Notes under the pieces: generated by a model
Seen by the model: only the letters and a program-made list of their open reading frames with translations
Databases searched by the model: none
Told to the model about the DNA's origin: nothing
NCBI GenBank assembly: GCA_951406725.2
Contig: OX597836.1
Coordinates: forward strand, 11,842,001 to 11,906,000
Direction of reading: 5' to 3'
Length of the DNA stretch: 64,000 nt
DNA from: Octopus vulgaris
Lineage: Eukaryota
Shown here: positions 11,971 through 24,245 of the stretch, one piece after another
Numbering within the stretch: the stretch's first letter is position 1
Layout of the letters: every line of letters begins with the position of its first letter
Position numbers and translations under genes: made by a program

Positions 11971-12241
11971 GCCATCAAAAAAACACACACAAAAATGTGT
12001 TAGATCCACTTCAACATTTAAATTTAATCTGTCAAAATAGTTTTCGTCGCTTTGAGACCATCACCTGTTCACTTACAAAATTCTGTGCTGCATCTCGGAA
12101 TTATGAGTCCCTGGGACCTAAGATGCAGCGCGGAATTTTGTCAGTGAACAGGTCGCGGTCTCAAAGCGACGAAAATATTTTGACAAATTAAATTTAAATG
12201 TTGAAGTGAATCTAACGGTTTTTGTGTGTTTCTTAAATGGC
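11971..12241. repeat. Diverged inverted repeat (~125-bp arms, 25-nt spacer) carrying a hammerhead variant
   Basis: 11971-12095 is the reverse complement of 12121-12241 with several mismatches. Confidence 0.85.
12137..12187 (+). ncRNA. Type I hammerhead-like motif with compensatory G3-C8 core
   Basis: TTTGTCA-GTGAACA-G-GTCGC-ggtctcaaa-GCGAC-GAAA-ATAT-TT-TGACAAA. Confidence 0.65.
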
Positions 12242-12499
12242 AATTGGTTTTGTTTCAGCACACGATCACAGATCAGGCCACTTGCTATGCAAGTACATAT
12301 CAGTAATACACACACACACATATGTATGCATATATGTATTTGTTTCTTATATAAATGTTTATAGACGCGTAATTATGAGGGCGTTCTGAAATTTTCTGTC
12401 TTTTCGTGAAAGAAAATACAGAAGAACCACTTCATTACGATTTCATTCAACAACAACAACATCAACAACAAAAGAAGTGAAATAGAACCGGTGCATGTT

Positions 12500-12804
12500 C
12501 TTTTATTCTTTTATTTGTTTCAGTCATTTCACTGCGCCCATGCTGGAGCACCGCCTTTTAGTCGAGAAAATCGACTTTTTAAGCTTAGTACTTATTCTAT
12601 CGGTCGATTTTGCCGAACTAACTTACGGGGACATAAACACACCAGCATCGGTTGTCATGCGATGTTGGCGGGAAAATACAGACACAGAAACATATATATA
12701 TATTTCCCCCCAACATCGCATGTCAACCGATGCTGGTGTGTTTACGTCCACGTATCTTAGCCGTTCGGCAAAATCGACCGATAGAATAAGTACTAAGCTT
12801 ATAC

Positions 12805-12868
<64 letters not shown>

Positions 12869-13027
12869 GACGGGCTTCTTTCAGTTTCCGTCTTCCAAAT
12901 CCACTCACAAGGCTTTGGTCGGCCCGAGGCTATAGAAGACACTTGCCCAAGGTGCCACGCAGTGGGACTGAACCCGGAACCATGTGGTTGGTAAGCAAGC
13001 TACTTACCACGCAGCCACTCCCGCGCT
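12500..13027 (-). mobile_element. SINE family A with internal inverted duplication
   Basis: Full family A copy; 12703-12801 is an inverted copy of 12580-12680. Confidence 0.85.
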
Positions 13028-13579
13028 TACTCCTGTGTTTACTTTTGACATAATGACCCACCCAGTTTATTGCAAAAGGTATGATTAATGAATGTTCTTT
13101 TATCCTATGAACATGAAGCGCTTTTTTTCGAGAAACCAATCCCGCGACCACCACCACCACCACTGCCGCTTTTAGTATTTGCATTATCGAAATTATGAGA
13201 CAGGTGGGAGGAGGTGGGGCAGAACAGAACGGAAAATGTTGGTACTTTGTATCCGTCTTTTAGTTCTAAAGCCTCACAGCAGTATTTATATGGGATTTCT
13301 CTTTAATTTCTCCAGCTCCAGTTTCTCTGCATTTATTTACGGTACGTTTTATTGGTTTGCTTTCTGCCATGGTATCTGTGCCAGCAATATTTGTAGAAAT
13401 ATTCACATCATTGCTTCAGTTGTGCTATTACAAAAAATACTTTCGTTTACCTGTGTTTACCTGCAGATTTTTATTTTTTATTTTTACGAATATTCGTTTC
13501 GCCGACAGAGAAAAAAAAAGAGTCGGTTTCTAAACAAGGAACAAGGCTATTTCACTCGGATTTCGAACAACATCAACAG

Positions 13580-14163
13580 AGGCAGGCGTGGCTGTGTCGT
13601 AAGAAGCTTGCATCCGAACAACCTGATTCCGAGTTCAATCCCACTGCTTGGCACCTTAGTCAAGTGTCTTCTACTATAGCTTCGGACCGACCAAGGCCTT
13701 GTGAGTGGACTTGGTACACGAAAAGTGAAAGACACCCGTCACACACACACACACACACATATATATGTGTGCATATATATACTCTTTTTACTCTTTTACT
13801 TGTTTCAGTCAGTTGACTGCGGCCATGCTGGAGCACCGCCTTTAGTCGAGCAACTTATTCTTGTAAGCCTAGTACTTATTCTATCGGTCTCTTTTGCCGA
13901 ACCGCTAAGTGACGGGGACGTAAACACGCCAGCATCGGTTGTCAAGCAATGCTAGGGGGACAAACACAGACACACAAACATATATATACATACATATATA
14001 CGACAGGCTTCTTTCAGTTTCCGTCAACCAAATCCACTCACAAGGCTTTGGTCGGCCCGAGGCTATAGTAGAGATCACTTGCCCAAGGTGCCACGCAGTG
14101 CGACTGAACCCGGAACCATGTGGTTGGTAAGCAAGCTACTTACCACACAGCCACTCCCGCGCC
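13580..14163. mobile_element. Two oppositely oriented SINE family A copies (partial + at 13580-13735; full - at 13782-14163)
   Basis: Family A motifs on both strands. Confidence 0.85.
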
Positions 14164-14179
14164 TATATATATATATATA

Positions 14180-14430
14180 TCGCAAAATATATTTACCAAC
14201 TAAATGTGGCGGTCCTATACAAGACGGTGCTACTGTTGTTTTTAGCCCCAAGAAGACATCTGCTACAGCTGGCCAAGGACACAGTCTGTGTCCGGTTAGT
14301 AATTGTGAAGGAGATTATCACTCCCATCTCTAGCCTTACGTGATACACACAGACCCAAGTTTCTGAGTGGTTACCCTTCTTCAGTGTGTGTTAATCGCTG
14401 GCTAGTGAGGAAGAAATCAATCCACTCGAA
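14180..14430 (-). mobile_element. Retrozyme-like element fragment, homologous to 18217-18632
   Basis: Shares GTATCACGTAAGGCT.GAGATG, CGGACACAGACTGTG, TGGGGCTAAAA and TATAGGAC..CCAC blocks with the 18.3-18.6 kb element. Confidence 0.7.
14345..14391 (-). ncRNA. Type I hammerhead ribozyme-like motif
   Basis: ACACACA-CTGAAGA-aGGGTaaccACTCa-GAAA-C-TTGG-G-TC-TGTGTGT. Confidence 0.75.
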
Positions 14431-14900
14431 ATTTGTGGGAGGAGGATAGTCGATTGCATCGACCCCAGTGCTCAACTGGTACTTAATTTATCGTCGCCGA
14501 AAGGATGAAAGACAAAGTCGACCTCGGCGGAATTTGAACTTAGAACGTAACGGCAGACGAAATACGGCTACGCATTTCTCCCTACGTGTTAACGATTCTG
14601 CCAGCTCGCCGCCTTAAATATATTTCTTTACTACCCACAAGGGGCTAAATACAGAGGGGACAAACAAGGACAGACGAACGGATTAAGTCGATTATATCGA
14701 CTCCAGTGCGTAACTGGTACTTAATTTATCGACACCGAAAGGAGGAAAGGCAAAGTCGACCTCAGCGGAATTTGAACCCAGAACGTAACGGCAGACGAAA
14801 TACGGCTACGCATTTCGCCCGGCGTGCTAACGATTCTGCCAGCTCGCCGCCTTCGCATTTCGCCCGGCGTGCTAATGATTCTGCCAGCTCGCCGCCTTAA
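14428..14900 (-). mobile_element. Two SINE family B copies, the second with a 43-bp head duplication
   Basis: Core motif twice; CGCATTTCGCCCGGCGTGCTAA.GATTCTGCCAGCTCGCCGCCTT repeated in tandem. Confidence 0.85.
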
Positions 14901-15469
14901 ATAGTATAACTATCAACTGATATCGAACTCAACACGTTCGACGGGGTGGATAGAAATATTTATTGCAACGAAAGTTGAGAGATAACTTTTGGTTTCTCCC
15001 AGAATTGTCAAGGTCAAAACTCAAAACAGACAGCAAACCTTCGATATAATAAACAAATATATGTATGCATGGACACAGGGATGCAAATATATATATATAT
15101 ATATGTATGCGCATGCGCACACATGGTGTAAGCATGAATATCATTGCAAATGAGGGCTTTAGGACATGTCAAACTCCTTGAACGTCCGCCATATTTTGAC
15201 AGCGTATTTGGTGGCTTGTAGCTCTAATCTCTCGATGTGTGCGTGTATGTAACTTAGTGCGTATTCTAAATGGGCGTATTTTACGTAGTTGTGTGTGTGT
15301 GTGAGTGCGTGTGTGTGTGAGTGCGTGTGTGTGTGAGTGCGTGTGTGTGTGAGTGCGTGTGTGTTAATGTGCTGTGTAAGATAGAACACATCTGAAACAA
15401 AGTTCCAATTTATGCGTGAGTGTTAGAGATAAAGAACGTCTGCGTGTGTGAGCATGTACCTGCATATAT

Positions 15470-15532
<63 letters not shown>

Positions 15533-15536
<4 letters not shown>

Positions 15537-15725
15537 GTGTTTTGACATTTGTACAAGTTGGCTCCAAGTCTCACCCAGAGACCTCAAGAGACAACAAGCT
15601 AGAAGTTCATGTTGGTGTTATGCCTAAGGTGCCATATATTTGGTTTTGTACATTGTGTTGTTCTAGAGAATGTTTAAGAAACCATAAGAAAATTATGTTG
15701 CTTTAAAACTTGAGATTACAAAGAA
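15533..15725 (-). mobile_element. R4/Dong-like 3' UTR fragment within (TAT)n
   Basis: Minus strand TTGAGGTCTCTGGGTGAGACTTGGA...AAAACACA followed by (TAA)n; flanked by TAT repeats. Confidence 0.5.
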
Positions 15726-15744
15726 AGTATTATTATTATTATTA

Positions 15745-16305
15745 TTGAGTGAGAGAGCAGTACATGCCATCGAAGTGACACTGGGGTAAAATATACGAAG
15801 CCCAGTATACCCATCATGACAACCCATCTGATAAGGGTACATTAGGCATGTGCATCACAACCATTTGTGCATGACATGGTGATCTCATATCAAGATAAAC
15901 AGCGCATGAACTTGCAGGTGGGGCCCAGTTAAAATTTTCTTCTGGTCGAGTAGCCCGTCCCGCTCAAACGGTCTCTGAATAAGGGTTGTTTAAGGATTTT
16001 GAACGAAACACTCATGTTTCCAGAGGTGAATTATTCAAGCCTCAAAGAATTCCTCTCAACACATGGCTATGATGCTCCCCCACTACTTCTGCTCGTGATC
16101 AGAGATGCACATATTGTCAGCCACTAAGGGACATGGTCAACTGGTTAAGGTCAAACAACTGACAAGCAAATCTGTGGTATTGAGCAGAATATTTGCTGTA
16201 GCCCATCTTTTTATACCAAGACAAAACAATGTACATGATAACACTTCCAATCAGTTAAGATCAGAAGCCGTGAGAGCCACTGCCTGGTACTGCAGCAGGG
16301 CATTC
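15745..16305. mobile_element. Unclassified ~560-bp interspersed element flanked by (TAT)n
   Basis: Higher-GC complex block bounded by TAT tracts on both sides; no ORF; class not determined. Confidence 0.4.
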
Positions 16306-16377
16306 ATTATTATTCGTATTCTTATTATTCTTATTCTTCTTCTTCTTATTATTATTATTATTATTAATATTATTAGT

Positions 16378-16670
16378 ATCATCATCATCATCATCATGGC
16401 CAGGTTCCAACCCGGGCCGCTGGAACAAAGACCACCAGCCACACTCCTCAGTCCAACATCATTGCCTCGAGGTCCTTTATACATTCCAGGCCAATGTCTG
16501 CGATTAAGTTGTCGACGTAAGTGTGATAATGCTTACCACTTCTTACAACATCACAAACTGGAGTCCACGAGACTAACGTGGATAAATGCTCCCAGGTTAG
16601 GGTGGTGCTTGCAGTGACCAGATAGTCGCAACCATCTTCGCCTGATCTTCTCGCTAACATTCGGCAGGTC
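16378..16670 (-). mobile_element. RTE-X-like LINE 3' end, degenerate
   Basis: Minus frames give RLRLSGHCKHHP... and GKHYHTYVDNLIADIGLECIKDLEAMMLD, followed by a (TGA)n tail. Confidence 0.65.
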
Positions 16671-16697
16671 TCTGGATACCCTTGTTGCTTATTTTGA

Positions 16698-16740
<43 letters not shown>

Positions 16741-16741
<1 letters not shown>

Positions 16742-16920
16742 AGTTAATCCAAACAAGAAAGCACAAAAAAACACAACAACGCGAGGACGTGGAACAAATA
16801 TGGTATTATTCGACGCTCAGAAAGGAAGGAAAGAAAGGAGGGTTTAACGTTTCGAGCGGAGCTCTTCGTCGGAAACATAGGAGAAGGTAAGATCCAGAGA
16901 AGGGAAGACAGAGGGAAAAA
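16741..16920 (-). mobile_element. Small (TA)n-embedded element with minimal hammerhead variant at 16842-16876 (core CCGACGA)
   Basis: GTTT-CCGACGA-A-GAGC-tcc-GCTC-GAAA-CG-TT-AAAC; related to elements at 21087 and 32901. Confidence 0.6.
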
Positions 16921-16932
16921 ATATACATATAC

Positions 16933-16967
<35 letters not shown>

Positions 16968-17556
16968 CGATGCACAGGCAACAAGAACTGCTTCTGTATT
17001 GGTCTTCCACACATCCTCCAAGACACCGAGCTAAATCATTACAAATTCAAACAACTCTCCCGTAATAAACAAGAGCTTTATTTATTCATTTCTTTACTTC
17101 ATAATTATTTGTTTTCTTTTCGCCATAATAACTTCATCCTTTTGTTTTGGTTTTTCTTTTTATCAAACCCAGAGTAAATGAAACAGTTTACTTATTGCAA
17201 TCAAAGCCATTTAATTTCACGGTCTCTCAAAAAGAAAAAGAAAAAAACAATAGGCCGCATTCATAATTACTTCCTTGTCGAATCGAATATTGCATGGTTT
17301 TTTTTTTTTTGTTTTTTGTTTTTATTTTCTCTAACAAAGAGATGAAAAACAAAATATAATAAGAAAGTAGAAAGAAGAACAAAATAAAAGGCAGTAATAT
17401 TTTTAAACATCTCACAAAATACAAAATACATAACTACCCACACACACATACACACACATACACAACCACGTAATAAACGTTATACGTAAACTCACCTCAC
17501 TTTGTAGTTATTATTCAGTATACATATATATATATATATATATATCTGTGTGTGTG

Positions 17557-17627
<71 letters not shown>

Positions 17628-17773
17628 GCGTGGGTGTGTTGTAAGAAGCTTGCCTCTCAACCGCACGGTTCTGGGTTCAGTCCCACTATGTGGAACTTCC
17701 GGCAAGTATCTTCTACAATAGCCTCGGGTTGACCAAACCCTTGTGAGTGGATTTGGTAGGCGGAGAAACCCGT

Positions 17774-17851
<78 letters not shown>

Positions 17852-18216
17852 AGAACAAAGTGTACGTACGCCGCTATATATACATATATAAAATAAAATA
17901 CAAAATGGGACAAGAACATGTTTTGTCGTCCCGTTCTAGCTTCTTGTCCCATTTTGTTTGTTTTTTTATACATATATATAGGGAGACTTCACAAAAAATA
18001 CAAAAGACGAAGACAGGTGGTATAGATAGCAAACAATATAGTATCTCCAGCTGCTTCAAAGGCCAAGATGTCAAAAATCGCCAAAGTGCAGTTTCAATGT
18101 CTTTGCTATGGAATGAGGAAACTATTTTCTCATTTTCTGAAAAAGCAGCATTTTGGACTTACGACACTTTTGCATCATAATAATAATGATATATATATAT
18201 ATATATATAAACCATA

Positions 18217-18632
18217 TATATAAACATTACTATCCGGTACTGTTACTGTATTTCTCTCGCTCAGAGATTTGAAACAAGTTGTTTTTCTCTATACGAGATC
18301 AGCAACTGTGTGTTGCTTAAAGAATGTATAGTATTTGCGAGTGGAGATAGCTCTCGTCACTGGCTGGTGGTTATCTAACACTGAGGACGGATAACAGCCA
18401 GAAACCTAGGTCTGTGAGTATCACGTAAGGCTGGAGATGTGAGCAATGGCCTCCTTTGCAAAGTGTTCTACATACGGACACAGACTGTGAGTCGATAGTC
18501 AGCTGGGTAAGGTGTTTTCCTGGGGCTAAAACAGCAGTACATTCTCCTTTATAGGACTACCACGTTATGTTGGCATATAAACATTATTATCCGGTAATGT
18601 TACGGTATTTCCCTCGCTCAGAGATTTAAAAC
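18217..18632 (+). mobile_element. Retrozyme-like element: ~357-bp monomer plus ~58-bp terminal redundancy, with hammerhead at 18378-18415
   Basis: Direct repeat ATATAAACATTA.TATCCGGTA.TGTTAC.GTATTTC.CTCGCTCAGAGATTT at 18217 and 18575; ACA-CTGAGGA-cGGataacagCCa-GAAA-C-CTAG-G-TC-TGT. Confidence 0.7.
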
Positions 18633-18993
18633 GTTTTTCCCGTGGCCTTAGATTTTGATATACAAAGACAATAATTTAAAGCTGATCCCAAAAAAACCGT
18701 GACAAGCTAAATCTCTAACAGGTCTTTCTTCCTGATACCTTTGTAGTTTCCAAGCTGAAGTGAAGACAGCATGTTCTTTGTCTATCTCCTTACCTTCTTG
18801 GAGGTTTTAGGTAAAATCATACAAATGTGTCCATCTGTTTTAAGGCGGTGGGCTCAGTTATTTTTACACCATGTGAACGCTAGGGCCATTGCCTGGTCTG
18901 AGTCTAGCTAACTAAATAGATAGACTGATGGTTGGATATGGATGAAGATAGATGGATGGGTAGGATCATAGATAGATAGATAGATATTTAGAT

Positions 18994-19275
18994 AGACTTG
19001 TACTGGGATCTCCTCGAGGACAAACCAAAGGAGGAGAAAGCAAGAACTTTCGAGCAGTAAGTAACCCTCTGTTCCTTTCACTTGTGTTCTAATTCATTAG
19101 GATTATGATCAAGATTGGTTGTGTAAATGCGCGAGGCTTGGGGTCCCCTTGGAAACAAGGGTAGCTCTTAAATGACATCAAGTCACATAAGTTAGAAATC
19201 ATAGCCATAAGTGAGACCAGACTCCACAATCCGCGGGCCCTAAAGACCATGTTTGGCGGACAGTTCAACATTTAT
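18994..19275 (+). pseudogene. Tx1/L1-like LINE fragment: possible ORF1 end and APE endonuclease N-terminus
   Basis: From 19105: MIKIGCVNARGLGSPWKQG*LLNDIKSHKLEIIAISETRL, containing the APE motifs NARGL and ISET, with an in-frame stop. Confidence 0.8.
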
Positions 19276-19324
<49 letters not shown>

Positions 19325-19325
19325 G

Positions 19326-19400
<75 letters not shown>

Positions 19401-19448
19401 GTGGAAGCGCAAGCAGACATGGGCAGACAGACAAACATTGTAACAGTG

Positions 19449-19485
<37 letters not shown>

Positions 19486-19654
19486 AGAGACGAGTGGGAG
19501 AGACGGGTGGGAGAGACGGGTGGGCATACAAATAGCAAGACTGATAAACATCAAGGCAGACGGACATATTTGATAGCACAAGACTCCGGAAGAACAAAGG
19601 ACACGAGAGACGTAACAACAAAGCCATAACACAAGTAGTACTAATAGCAGCAGC

Positions 19655-19695
<41 letters not shown>

Positions 19696-20071
19696 CAACG
19701 AGAGCAGCAACGAGTGTAGTTTCCATTATTTCACAGGTGCCATTGTTCACGAAACGAAATTGAAAGCAACGTTTGCCAGCTTATTCCGGAGATAAAACGA
19801 AAGGAAAAAAAAACCAGAAACAAAGACATGAAGATGTGAAGAGAGATATTGTATGTATATTATATATATATATATGTATATATAATCAGAAATTTTAAAA
19901 TGAATGTTTGCGGGTTTAGATGATATCATATATTTACTGCCAGTGTTGATGTAATCACAGATTTGTGTGTTCTTTGCAGTTTATAACTGACATTTTGGCA
20001 TTATTTCGATTATATGTATGTATATATATAAATAAATATAATATAAATAAATATATAAATAAATAAATATA

Positions 20072-20131
<60 letters not shown>

Positions 20132-20134
<3 letters not shown>

Positions 20135-20341
20135 TTTACTCTTTTACTTGTTTCAGTCATTTGACTGCGGCCATGCTGGAGCACCACCTTTAATCGAGCA
20201 ACTCGACACCGGGACTTATTCTTTTGTAAGCCCAGTGCTGATTCTATCGGTCTCTTTTTGCCGAACCGGTAAGTGACGGGGACGTAAACACACCAGCATC
20301 GGTTGTCAAGCAATACTAGGGGGACAAACACAGACACACAA

Positions 20342-20374
<33 letters not shown>

Positions 20375-20544
20375 CATATATACGGCAGGCTTCATTCAGT
20401 TTCCGACTACCAAATCCACTCACAAGGCATTGGTCGGTCCGGGGCTGTAGCAGAAGACACTTGCCTAAGATGCCACGCAGTGGGACTGAACCCTGAATCC
20501 AGAAACATGTGGTTGGTTAGCAAGTTACTTACCACACAGCCACT

Positions 20545-20547
<3 letters not shown>
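20132..20547 (-). mobile_element. SINE family A, full length
   Basis: All family motifs; embedded in (TA)n. Confidence 0.9.
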
Positions 20548-20603
<56 letters not shown>

Positions 20604-20774
20604 GGCTGTGTGTTTATGTATGTATGTAAAAGAGAGAGAGATAGAGTGACAGAAAAGAAGAAAAACAGACTAAGGGTGTATTTTGTCTTCATTACAATTT
20701 AGAAATGACATACTCCATTTTGATTTCGTATATATATATATATATACACATACATACATACATACATACATACA

Positions 20775-20810
<36 letters not shown>

Positions 20811-20829
20811 TATGTGTGTGTGTCTGTGT

Positions 20830-21030
20830 GTGGAGGCGCAATGGCCCAGTGATTAGAGCAGCGGACTCGCGGTCGGAGGATGGTGGTTTCGATTCCCAGA
20901 CCGGGCGTTGTGTGTGTTTATTGAGCGAAAACACCTATAGCTCCACGAGGCTCCGGCAAGGAGGGGGGGCGAACCCTGCTGTACTCTTTCGGCCCGACTT
21001 TCTCTCACTCTCTCTCTCTTCCTGTTTCTT
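20830..21030 (+). mobile_element. SINE family C, 3'-truncated
   Basis: Head nearly identical to 1558-1750. Confidence 0.85.
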
Positions 21031-21086
21031 GAGTAATGCTGCAAATGTGTGTGTGTGAGTATGTGCATGTATATATATATATATAG

Positions 21087-21312
21087 TTCAAATTTACAGA
21101 AAGCAAAAGGCGAAGACACGTGAATGAACAACAAGCCGGTGTATTAGTTTGACGCTCGGGAAGAATGGATAAGCCTTTGACGTTTCAAGCCTATGCTCTT
21201 CGACAGAAAGGATTGGGAAGGAAACAAGGAAATCGAGAAAAAAGGCGGGTGAAAGGAGAACGAAAAAGAAATAGAAAGAGAAAGAATGTGTAAGGAATAA
21301 TGGTTCAACATG
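21087..21312 (-). mobile_element. Small element with minimal hammerhead variant at 21175-21210 (core CUGUCGA)
   Basis: CTTT-CTGTCGA-A-GAGC-atag-GCTT-GAAA-CG-TC-AAAG; preceded by (TA)n. Confidence 0.55.
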
Positions 21313-21483
21313 ACGATGTGTAGACAGACAGACAGACAGAGTTAGAAAGAGAGAGAAATGGATGGATGGATGGATGGATGGATGGACGGACGGACGGACG
21401 GACGGACAGACGGACGGACAGAGAGATAGACAGACAGAGAGATAGACAGACAGACAGACATAGATAGAGAGAAAGAGAGAGAT

Positions 21484-21558
<75 letters not shown>

Positions 21559-21760
21559 TGTGTGCGTGTAAGAGGCAGAGGTAGGGAGATAGTGTAAGAT
21601 AGACAGATAAAGAGGGCGGTATATGGATAAGGTGGCACAGTGGCACATCGTGAAAGATATCTACATACATAGGCATATAAATTTCAACGCATATCTACAT
21701 ACATGCGTACATAAATACGTATATATTCCCATTAAGACGAATGCTAGCAAATGGAAAATA

Positions 21761-22326
21761 TTGGGTTGTCCGGAAAGTTCGTGCCGATTTAAAGTAGCTT
21801 ACATTTCGACTTATTTTAGAACATGGTTGAGTCCATAAAATAGGATTTGACTACACCTCCATTTAGAGCACAGTTTAAGCTATCTTTTCGTGGAAGAAGG
21901 GTTATGTTCCTATAAAATGTGTTAATTCTGTAACCCTTTAAAATGGAAGAAAAGAAAGTTCATTTTCGGCACCTGGTGCTTTGGGAACCAGACAAAAATT
22001 GCTGCAGCTCGGCTGGGATGTGTTACTCCACCCTCCATATTCACCAGATATTGCTCCTTCGGATTTCCACTTATTCAGGTCTCAGCAGAATAGTCTGAAT
22101 GGTAAAAATTTCAATTCCTTGGATGACGTAAAAAGATACCTTGATGAATTTTTTGCCATGAAACCACCTCAATTCTGGGAAGAGGGTATTTTCAAGTTAA
22201 AGGAAAGATGGAGACGCATTGTGTAACAAAATGGTTCATATTTGGTTGATTAAAAATGTAATGGCAAGTATATATTGAGTATTTTCTTTCCTTTGAAAAT
22301 CGGCACGAACTTTCCGAACAACCCAA
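21761..22326 (+). mobile_element. Internally deleted mariner transposon with intact TIRs and TA TSD
   Basis: TIRs TTGGGTTGTCCGGAAAGTTCGTGCCGATTT / AAATCGGCACGAACTTTCCGAACAACCCAA; N-terminus MEEKKVHFRH fused to a C-terminus with HPPYSPDIAPSDFHLF. Confidence 0.95.
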
Positions 22327-22616
22327 TACATAGTTTTTCTTTGGAATGCTACAACGACATATGTAAACAAACTTTTATTTTGTTTTTAAAAGCGTTGAAT
22401 GTGTATCGTATTGTACAGACAAGATGAACAGATATCTAAAGCAGTATAACCGTGAAAGCAGCAGGAAGATTGGGTATTATTACCCTCATAAGAAGGAAAA
22501 AATTTGTCATGCACACGCAGGCATAAGTGCGTGTGTGTATATATGTATATAAATATATATACTTTTATATATTTGTTGTGCAAGATTTTTTATGTGAAGT
22601 GGTGTGTTGAAACAGA

Positions 22617-23281
22617 TATTATTATATTTCGGAATGGTCATTTTGCCAGTTTAGCCAATAAACTTACGGTTAGTAAGGAGAGACACAAATAGTGGAAGTG
22701 GAAGCACTCCGTCGGTTACGACGACGAGGGTTCCGGTTGATCCGAATCAACGGAACAGCCTGCTCGTGAGATTAACGTGTAAGTGGCTGAGCACTCCACA
22801 GACACGTGCACCCTTAACGTAGTTCTCGGGGATATTCAGCGTGACACAGAGAGTGACAAGGCCGGCCCCTTTGAAATACAGGTACAACAGAAACAGGAAG
22901 TAAGAGTGAGAGAAAGTTGTGGTGAAAGAGTACAGCAGGGATCACCACCATCCCCTGCCGGAGCCTCGTGGAGCTTTAGGTGTTTTCGCTCAATAAACAC
23001 TCACAACGCCCGGTCTGGGAATCGAAACCGCGATCCTATGACCGCGAGTCCGCTGCCCTAACCACTAGGTCATTGCGCCTCCACAGAGACACAAATAAGA
23101 AAGAAGAAAACAAAGGACCACTGATGCGGTCACAGGAGTGTGATGAAAGAACTCTGGCCGAAATAAGATTAAGATTAATGTAAAAAATAAATAACACTGA
23201 AGCAAAGTAACACCAAATATATAGTGCGTGTGTTTTTATTGGCTAAACTGGCAAAATGACCATTCCGAAATATAATAATAT
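22617..23281. mobile_element. Element with ~46-bp inverted repeat (probable PLE-type inversion) interrupted by a SINE C
   Basis: TATTATTATATTTCGGAATGGTCATTTTGCCAGTTTAGCCAATAAA at 22617 is reverse-complemented at ~23235-23280. Confidence 0.65.
22692..23084 (-). mobile_element. Full-length SINE family C with 13-bp TSD
   Basis: TSD AGAGACACAAATA at 22679-22691 and 23085-23097; near-identical to 1558-1951. Confidence 0.93.
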
Positions 23282-23286
23282 ATATA

Positions 23287-23481
23287 CTCTTTTACTTGTT
23301 TCAGTCATTTCCCTGCGGCCATGCTGGAGCACCGCCTTTAGTCGAGCAAATCGACCCCAGGACTTATTCGTTGTCAACTTAGTACTTATTCTATCGGTCT
23401 CTTTTGCCGAACAGCTAAGTTACGTAAACACACCACCATCGTTTGTCAAGCGATGTTGGAGGGACAAACATAGACACACAA

Positions 23482-23558
<77 letters not shown>

Positions 23559-23723
23559 TACGGCGGGCTTCTTACAGTTTCGGTCTACCAAATCCACTCA
23601 CAAGGCTTTGGTCGGCCCGAGGCTATAGTAGAAGACAGCCCCGCAAGGTGCCACGCAGTGGGACTGAACCCGGAATCATGTGATTGGTAAGCAAGCTACG
23701 TACCACACAGCCACTCCTGCGCC
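23287..23723 (-). mobile_element. SINE family A, full length
   Basis: Family motifs. Confidence 0.9.
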
Positions 23724-23811
23724 TACTTGAGTGACACATGTTTCCACTTGAGTCAATACAGAATTATAAATATTATACAAAGTCACTCGTCAGTAAACCA
23801 AAATTCCATAT

Positions 23812-23878
<67 letters not shown>

Positions 23879-23907
23879 CTCTGTCTTTACTCTTTTACTT
23901 GTTTCAG

Positions 23908-24245
23908 AGTGTGTATGTGAATGAGTGTGTGTGTGAATGAGTGAGTGTGTGTGTGAATGAGTGTCTGTGAGTGTGAATGAGTGAGTGTGTGTGTGAATGA
24001 GTGAGCGTGTGTGTGAATGAGTGGGTGTGTGTGAATGAGTGAGCGTATGTATGTGTGTAAATGAGTGAGTGTGTGTGTGTGTGTGTGAATGAGTGAGTGT
24101 GTGTGTGTGAATGAGTGAGTGTGTGTGCGATTGTGTGTGTATGTGTGTGTATGTATATGTGTGTGAATGAGTGAGTGTGTGTGCGATTGTGTGTGTATGT
24201 GTGTGTATGTATATGTGTGTGAATGAGTGAGTGTGTGTGTGTGAT
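23908..24245. repeat. TG-rich minisatellite with recurring GAATGAGTGA(GT)n unit
   Basis: Direct observation. Confidence 0.85.
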
